From Chrysomallon squamiferum (taxonomy: Eukaryota; Animalia; Mollusca), in NCBI GenBank assembly GCA_012295275.1, contig CM022671.1, forward strand, positions 19,468,001-19,532,000: a stretch of DNA of 64,000 nucleotides. The letters run 5' to 3'. Below, one piece after another: positions 55,351 through 64,000 of this stretch. Every line of letters begins with the position of its first letter. The first letter of the stretch is position 1. Under the pieces are notes generated by a model. It saw nothing but the letters and a program-made list of their open reading frames with translations. It made no database searches and was not told the DNA's origin. The position numbers and the translations under genes were made by a program.

Positions 55351-57905
55351 TTTAATTTTTTATGTATTTTATATGCCGAGAAGATGTTTGTGCATTAAAG
55401 AGACACTTTACTGTCATATTTATTCTTATAATTAAAAAAAAATATTAAAACAATTTTTATATGATTTTATATTAATTTTTTTTTTATCGTATTCGTCTAA
55501 TAATTTTAAAATTAGAATTAACGCTTATGTTACCATCTGAGTATTTTATTTGAAGGGAGATTTTAAAAATAATTAATAACCTCTGAGATTAGAAGATATG
55601 TCCTTCGTTATTCAGTTGTTAAGCTTTGAAGTCATTAAGTCCACATAAATACTTCACTTCCAAAGGTTTCACAAGACCTTTCTTTGGCATCGTTTATACT
55701 GTATTCATCGGAGAAAAGTGGAATAAAGTTTTTAATGTAAAAGCTAGTGCGGAAATAAAGGTCAAGTTTTACCCTGTAGATTCACCTGCGAAGATTATCC
55801 AAATACTTAAACGTTAATTGACATGGACGTTTGAAAGATGATGCAAGACAAACTAGAGCGGCATTGTTCATGTTGTGATAACAAACAGCCATGTGTCGTT
55901 TTTAATGACTCTTCTCTAATGCGGGGAACTAAAAGCATATTCTTCTGTCAAAGCCAATTTAATTTGTTATTCCAAAACGAGAAAGATCGAGTCTCTATTA
56001 TTAGGATTGCCAATTAGCGGAGATGCGTGATGAAGCACTCGGGTTCAGCTTTGTTAGAGCTGGAATCACCAAGGAAGAACGATGTTGTCTTTGTTTTGTT
56101 TCCAGTCATTTATTATTGCACTCAGTAATTGCACTTCGATGGTTTGGCTCATATAAGTAACTTTCCTTTGTTATTTGTTAAAGTGCGTAACTGGAAATAT
56201 TTGAAGAAAAATAATGATGAGGTTGTTGCTGTTTTGGTAAATGAATAAATGTACATAATATGACTTCGGTGTAATATTTATGTTCGTTTCCTTGAACTAT
56301 TGATTGTTAATTTGGTTAGCGTGTCCTTCATGTGAGCTAGTGTTTAAAATAAAGAAATACATGCACACAAATTTGTGTGTATGTGAACTTTATCATACAA
56401 CGCATATATCTAATGACACTGTTTTGAAAAACGACAAAAGCTTTTGTGACTGGTATCGCACATTTCTCAGTGTCATTAACTGTGCTTTATCAAACAGAGG
56501 AAACGGGTTGATATTTGACTAGAACTACCGATATTTTAGTGGTGTCATTTCTTTAAAAATTCTGACGCTTATCACGTTATGAAATTTTTCATATATATAT
56601 TTCAAAATAGACATATGAGAAACCTAAAACACGTGACTTGAACCAATTTTCTAGAAAAATGTTAACACTCACACCACTGTGAAATTATTCTCCAAACAAC
56701 GCAGATGATAATTTTATTGATTAGGCCTAAATTATTTGAAAACAGTTTTATGTCCCATCATGATGTTAATGTTAGATTTTCTCCATGGTTAGCAGTTCCA
56801 GGAAAAAAAAAAAAACCTCTAAAATATCGTTGCTGTTTAATACGGTAATAGATTTTTTACACGGATTCCGTGAAGGAAACTCAGATTTTTGGCTTGTGTT
56901 GATCATTTTATCTTTGGCTGTGTCGAATATTTGTTCTAACTTCTCAGTTAGACGAAATCTTTCAGTGAAACAAAGCGAAATGTTCGTTCAGCGTAATGTA
57001 CTCGTACTGTGTTTTCCAATTCAGAGCTCTTTAGTTTGAATATCCAAGCAACAAAAAAATATAAATAAATAAATAAATAAGAAGTACGTAAGTAACTAAG
57101 TAAGTAGGCAAGTATGTAGGCAAGTAAGTAAGTAAGTAAATAAATATTGAATGTTATTAAATGCTAAACATAAAAGTCTATAATGTCTAGTGTTACCCTT
57201 ATCACTTAACAGCTAGACATATTCCATGCAGTGGAAAGTACATATTGCAGATGCTACAGTTAGAGAACACTGCTGAAACTGCCACTAGCACAATTATAGG
57301 TTCCTCTGGAGGACCCCTGCAGTCTGTGGAAAACGACTTCTCTTCATTTATTAAGTCCAAATATGAAAGAAGATGATTTATATAGTTACTACAGTAGTGT
57401 TTATAATTCAAGGAATGTTAAAACCATTGTTTTTATTATATTATATTTTATTATATTATATTTATTTATTTTAATTTAATTTAATTTTGTTTTGGTAAGA
57501 AAAAACTGCCATAAAATTGTCATGCTAAATAAAACAACAACAATAAAACAATATAATAAAAACATAAATAAATAAATAAATAAATAAATAAAAATAAACA
57601 TTAAAAAAAAAAACATGTTTTAAAATGTTTTATGAGTCTAGACCCAGCGTCATTATTATGTTTTCCCATAGTGATTTTTTTGTCAACATTATTTGGCCCA
57701 CATTAACGATACCTTAAAAACGTATTTCTTGTTGTTCAGGCATAATCCACTCGGATGTAATAAGAGCATGAAATCGTATAAATGTCCATTTCACCACGTC
57801 CATTTAAAACATGTAAATCACCAATCAAACATTTTATCATGTCTAGTACAAATAAATGAATTAAGAGTCTTTGTGGAAGGACACATCCATTTATTTTAGC
57901 AAAAG

Positions 57906-58121
57906 CTGTTAACATACATCTATTATTAAACTGTGTGATATTAACGTGTTCGACAATGTGTCTGGCATTAACGTGTGTGTCTGTTATCAACATATGTGTC
58001 CTTTCTTGACGTGTGTGCCTTGTTAATAAGTATTTCTGTTATTAAGGTATGCTGGTATTAATATGTGTGTTAGTTATTAACGTGTGTTTGTTATTAACAT
58101 GTGCATCTGTTATTAACGTGT
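57906..58121. repeat. Degenerate ~19-bp minisatellite (approximately TATTAACGTGTGTGTCTGT)
   Basis: Repeated tattaacgtgtg / tattaacatgtg units. Confidence 0.65.
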
Positions 58122-58127
58122 AAAATG

Positions 58128-58212
58128 AATCTCAGTGGTTAAATATATGACTGAAGCTTGATGAGTCGCTGGATCGATCCTTGTCGATGACAGTTTATCA
58201 GAAATATTTCTA
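58128..58212 (+). mobile_element. Degenerate tRNA-derived SINE head
   Basis: ctcagtggttaaa (A-box-like) followed by ggatcgatcc (B-box-like). Confidence 0.35.
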
Positions 58213-60299
58213 AACTGGAAATGTATAAAGAAAAATCAAAAATCACACTTTTTCAAATGGATACATGTTCTAAATTTCTTTAAATTATCTAACGTTTCAC
58301 TTTCAGTATCAGACGTTTCAAAAGAAATCAATGTATTCCAAAGATGTAGTTAAACAAAACTAATTTTTATTTTACTCTTGCCAACAAGCGCTGTGTTATA
58401 TACACTTTATCAAAGACAGTAAAGATTTTAGCACTATTTTTTGATATACTAGCATCTGTCGTTGAAATAGATTTTGTATTGAAGCATATATTCGAGATTT
58501 ATCGTTACTTCATTGAAATATATTCCGACCGCTAAATCTTAACAAAAACAATACCCATTCAATGTTAATAACTATCTGGAAAATACTGAGTAATAGACGA
58601 CGACAAGTAGCCATATAAATCCTGTTCCGAAGCCTCAGCAATATCAGCATGTAACAGATTAAGTTTGTGTCGAGAAACTTTGTAAATCACACCGAGTGGA
58701 TATATTAATATATTATAACTGTTTTCTATTCCGATTTTCGCACCATTTGTATAGATGATATAAATTTACGTTCAAGGCACCTTGTTATGAATACATGGAT
58801 ATTAAAGAGAATATATTTTAAAATATTATAGGATAAATATACTTGTATATTTAATACAGATTTGTTACTTTCTTGATTCCATTTAATATGATTTTTTTTT
58901 TTTTTTTTTGTATTCTTCTTCGACTTTGTATTTTTATAATTACTATTTTATATACACATTTGAAAAGTAATATTATAACAAAATATTTATTCCTAAATAC
59001 AGACAGACAGACAGACGTACACACATATATATACATACATGCTTATACATACAGACGCAGGCACATATAATTAGAAAGACATTTTTATTTAAAACATATC
59101 GTGTCAGAGTTGTTTCAATCAAAATAATAGCCTATAATGATATATGTGCTTCGATAATTCGTTACAAAATGATGGAAATTCGATCTAACAACATAAATCA
59201 TCATTCACTATTATATTCATTGAAAATAACACAAAAGGTTTTAAACAATACATTATTCTATCAGTAATTTTGTCACAAAACATCATTTTCTCTATTAAAA
59301 CCTGAGTCACAAGTATCATTATCCTTTTACAGTGTATAATAACATATGTGGTTTCCTGACGTTTCCATCATTTTTCGTAACAGATTTTCAGCATTGCTCT
59401 TTCGTTCCAAATACTGCGTCTTTAATTATTTCGCAGTGAGAAACGCAACAGGATTTTGGCGACTAACCTATTAAGTGGTAGAAGAGAGAAGACGTTAAGA
59501 GCCCTTTTTCATTTAGCAGTGGTTAAAGTTTCTGGTCAATGATGAAAGATCGAGAGCGCAAATCACGCTTCCAGATTAAGAATTTTTTTCTGAGATCTTA
59601 TCGCTTCCTGTATTCCATTCGATTCCTCGTTTTATCACGGGATAGAACATAAAGTAGCACATGATGAAATCTTTTTGAAAAAACAGGAAAGACAGGAAAA
59701 AAGAAGAGAAAAACTTTTGCATGATCCTAATTTTTAACGGGCCCTAATCTAAAAAAAAAAAAAAAAAAAGAAGAAAAAGAAAAGAAAAGAAAGAAAAAGA
59801 AATGCCAATAGAAAAAACGAAGAAAGAAAGAAAGATGATTTTTAAGAAAGTAAAAAGAAAAGCCCCAGTATATTAGAAATATTTTTAAAATATATGTAAT
59901 ATTATAGACCAGTATATATGCCTTGGTGACTTGTAGTTTTAAAAAAATTAATATTGTCACAAAATATCTGAGTACCGCGATATCTGACATAAAAATAAAC
60001 TTCGCGAAAATCGGTCTGAATTTTTAAGTCAATCCTGTTCGTTTTTAATTAAGATTGTGCAGCAAAAAAAAAAGAAGAAATAAAACAACTTCGAAATATG
60101 TAGAATATATACTTATTATTTTCTGTATCACCTTAATTACTTTAATAGTTTTTCTTATTGTCTGGCAGCTAGAGAAAATTTTGAATACCTCCCATCAGTC
60201 ATATGCTTATTTCTCATACAGTTTATAACAACACATCTCGGTCGCGAGATCGTTCTTGAGCGAGGGTATGCTGGAAGGAGGAATAAATAAAAACGTGTA

Positions 60300-60463
60300 G
60301 ATAGGTTTCGGACCCGTCACAGTGAATATAGATTCCTTTTGTACTGTCTTTGGTTGATGAAAATATAGTAACCCTAGACTGAATCAAAACTTTTAAAGGG
60401 GGCCATCGGTCATATTAAGTTGCTCATAAGGGGTCGCGGTATGAAAAAGGTTGATAACCAGTG
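60300..60463 (-). mobile_element. hAT-like non-autonomous element end
   Basis: The reverse complement begins cactggttatcaacctttttcataccgcgacccc, resembling the CAGTGGTTCTCAACC hAT terminus. The other end was not found. Confidence 0.5.
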
Positions 60464-60770
60464 GCCTACAGCATCTAAGAACTGAAGGTGTGTCTTGACT
60501 CTCTGTTGCAATTGATGCAGATTGTTGTTGGTGCGTGGCTCATTGTCTCACGGTGGTACAAGAGCGGCAGAGGGAATTGAGCATCATCATCAATCCAGTT
60601 GACGACCATGCAGTCAATGAACTCTTGGGCACGAGGAACATTTGGTTTCGAGTCAACGGTTTCAATCTATGCGTCCTGAATTTTGTCTTGTGATAGTAGA
60701 GCTAGTTCGGCAACCTTGCGGATCCACTGTCAAAACATGTCTCCTTCAAAGTCCTTCTCCTATTTAAAAG
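60464..60770 (-). mobile_element. MULE transposase fragment, internally deleted
   Basis: The minus strand reads QWIRKVAELALLSQDKIQDA*IETVDSKPNVPRAQEFIDCMVVNWIDDDAQFPLPLLYHRET, frameshift, PRTNNNL...FLDAVG. RTNN is the motif preceding the third catalytic acidic residue in MULE transposases. Confidence 0.75.
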
Positions 60771-61305
60771 CAACATCTCAATACAACTGGAGTAATCATG
60801 AACACATGCTACCCACTGGAGCTGTGATTACAACAGTTACCAATCAGACAGCAAAGACTAGATGATTATTCCCCACCCAGGGGTGCCCAGCTTACTTACT
60901 GTTTGACTGCTTTCCAAATTGTATGACTATTGACCATATAACGTTTGGGAGGATACCTTAAATTTTATGTCTGTCTGTATGTATGTATGTATGTATGTGT
61001 GTATCGGTGTGTTATGTGTATTTGTTGTTATGTAGCTGATGTCTGAAGGGTAAAAGTAATACTGATTAGTAAAACAATACAACTCTACTTTAATTGATTT
61101 AAATAATTAATGTCTCTTCAAGAAGTGCATTATTTATTCATGACGAATGGATTGTCAAAAATCTATGAGTTTACGTATTTTAGATTTTCCATCTGATTCT
61201 AAAACGATGGAATAGCTGTTATGTTAGGACGCTTAACCCTTCCCTCACACTGAGACATAAAAACGTATATACATGCAGACACACATATACACATACATAT
61301 ATATA

Positions 61306-61355
<50 letters not shown>

Positions 61356-61842
61356 CTATTATTAGAATATCTCAACACATTTTGAGCTGTTATACAGGTC
61401 CTTATCAGCTCAGCAAATAACTATGTTTTCTCCTAAAATATAGTTGATATTGAAGATTTTCAAAAAGCTATTCCGTTACATACTGTATTTTTTTTAGCCA
61501 TTACAAAAATATATACATTAATAATTATGATACTGTCTTTTTTTTAAAAAATCAGTTTGTCGATTTGTTTCCAATTTCCTCCATTATCATTTGGCTCATT
61601 AGATCTTAATTTAATTTGTTCTTTTGTTTGTAAATCATCAAGGGATTTTCTGTTTGGTAACTAATTCAACCAGTAAACAGTAATTGTGATAGTATTGTTC
61701 CGTTAATAATGACTTATTGATTCGTGCTGGATGATTGTATTTTAATGACATTTGGCTGTAAATGTTCTAGCTTGAATTGTAACTGTTTAAAATATATATA
61801 TACATATATGAAAGAAGCTCATAAAACATAAACAATCCATTA

Positions 61843-61964
<122 letters not shown>

Positions 61965-62594
61965 CAGTTACTAATCAAGCTTGAATATCTACAGCTAAGT
62001 GCCATTAAAATACAGTTATCCACGAAACATGTATAAATTCTGGAATGGATATGTATTCTTGAAGACGTGCTTTCTTTATTTACGAAATAGCTGAAATTTA
62101 TTGTTTACACTTGACTTACTTATTTCGTAATTGCACATTTAATTGTATTGGTATTTCTGTCCACCAGCTGAATCTTCATCCCATCAACGTATTAGCTTAT
62201 ATTTCAGCCTAATCACCTTTGTCTGTCTGGCTGTCTATCTTTCTCTATTCTGTCTTATTGTTAATAATATATCTTTGAATGTCTGTTTACATTTTTATTT
62301 TTAAAAGAATATTTTGTATATCTACGTTCATCCAATTATTTTCTTTATTAAAAATTCAAAATTGAGTGGAATCATAATTTTTTTTTTACTTGTTTGAATA
62401 GTAATGTCACATGTCTGACTTACATATATTGTTATTTAAATGTTCTCTTATTTGATGCAAAATAAAGAATGTCTGTAGCCTTAAGATGTTTTTTCCCGTT
62501 CAAACTTTTTATAACCACAGTTACCTCAAGCCACGATTAGGAAAAATCCAAGTTTTAATTTAAACATTGTTTTGGAATGAAGAACATTGGGTTC

Positions 62595-62595
<1 letters not shown>

Positions 62596-62654
<59 letters not shown>

Positions 62655-62672
62655 TATATATATATATATATA
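62596..62672. repeat. (TAA)n(TA)n microsatellite
   Basis: Directly visible. Confidence 0.95.
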
Positions 62673-64000
62673 TTAAGAAAATTATATTTTAAGAAGAAAA
62701 AAATGAATATAGAAAAGAGAGCTAATGTTAATAATTAAAAAAAAAAAAAAAAAAAAGGATGGAATGAGATTTTTTTATAAAAAGAAGAAAAGAAATAATC
62801 AAAAGGAAACCAAACAAAAATAAAATAAAAATAAAAATCAGAAATAAAAAATAAAAAGTGAATATACTACTACTAATAAAATAATTTAAAAGAAATAATA
62901 AATTAAAATCTTTAAATATATATTTAAAAAACACAAAAATTAAAAAGTACAAGAAAATGAAAAGATAAAGGACAAGCTTTCTTTATTATTAATTTTTTTT
63001 TTCTTCAGTGACAGAATTTTAATAATATTGGAAGAGTGAGAAAGATCATCTTATTGTTCTGCCGCTAACCAATATCGGTAACTTTCTCTTGAGCAATGAT
63101 CAACATCAAAGCTGACTGAAATCTTTGGTATAAAAACTTGTTCGCCTGTGGAATAATGAACACAACTTCATATTCGAACATCAGCACTTGGCTGCAATAA
63201 CAAAGCAGAACGTTTTTTTTCTTTTTCATTCCCAAATGAAAACGTCATTACCGGAAGGGAGATAACTGTGTTCAGAATTTCTTTGTCGCAGCCATTGACA
63301 AATTCTTATGCTTGTTGATGAGTTGTCATTATAATCAATATTGTCTGCGGGCCGAATCGCAAAAACGAAATGATTGTTCCGGCTGATTAAACCTTGTCGT
63401 CGACGCCAATATAGAGCAAATGAAAAGGTCCCAGCGACATCGAGAAAACGTCGTTAAAATCGGTACAACGCAATTAGCAAAGCGTCACGTCGCGTCGCTT
63501 TCTCTCGCGGCTTCTGCGGATTTTTTCTTCACGCACACGCGACGCGCATAGCGAATAAAAACGTCTGTGCATCTTAGAATCAAATTCTGACAAATTTTAC
63601 GTAATCGGCGCAGTGTACCGTTAAAATAAACGAGCGATGGAATGTGTTATTTTGAATTTCCATGAAAGAAATTATTCCGGTCCTGTTTACGTTTCATTTT
63701 GTTTTCGGGTTTTCATGTCAATCATATTTGGCTTTTTATTCATTTGTTTCTTATGAACCTTTAAAATAAGACCTGCAAACAATTAATTAAAAAAAAAAAA
63801 AATGTGCTCTGTTATTTTATACTGTGAGTCTTTAAAGATAGTAATGTTTATTTTTTGAAGTGAATAATGATATTTAGTTAAATGGTGATAATGATGTATA
63901 AACTAAGACAGAACATTATAGTTAATACTGCATCTTTCAAAAACTTAAGTAAGTATTCTTTATCCTGGTTTTGGCAAAACATTTATTAATGACTTAAAAT

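Noticed and set aside
56085-56130. Acceptor ttgttttgtttccag followed by a phase-1 reading V-I-Y-Y-C, resembling the start of NPR exon 2
   Set aside because: An in-frame stop follows two codons later (T-Q-*) and there is no further similarity, so it is probably chance.

Overview
This is AT-rich, microsatellite-dense animal DNA. SINE remnants and the transposon types suggest a mollusc, but that is inference. Almost all ORFs in the track are simple-repeat or transposon artefacts. I find only two genuine host coding segments, both on the + strand: 36412-37099 and 46195-46894. Each encodes a signal peptide plus the N-terminal ~230 aa of a natriuretic-peptide-receptor / receptor guanylyl cyclase ligand-binding domain (ANF_receptor type). 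They are about 50% identical by hand alignment (103/206). Both end in E-H-A-G at the same phase-1 GT donor, and I find no downstream receptor exons between them or in the following 17 kb. The best hypothesis is an array of alternative 'variable' first exons spliced to shared 'constant' exons beyond the window, as in clustered protocadherins or UGT1. Both exons also carry the 8-mer TCTCGCTA at -176/-175 from the ATG. The remainder holds a decayed near-full-length RTE-X-like LINE (~22.2-26.35 kb), three Mutator-family remnants, a Tigger/pogo-like MITE, hAT and SINE fragments, and mini- and microsatellites.
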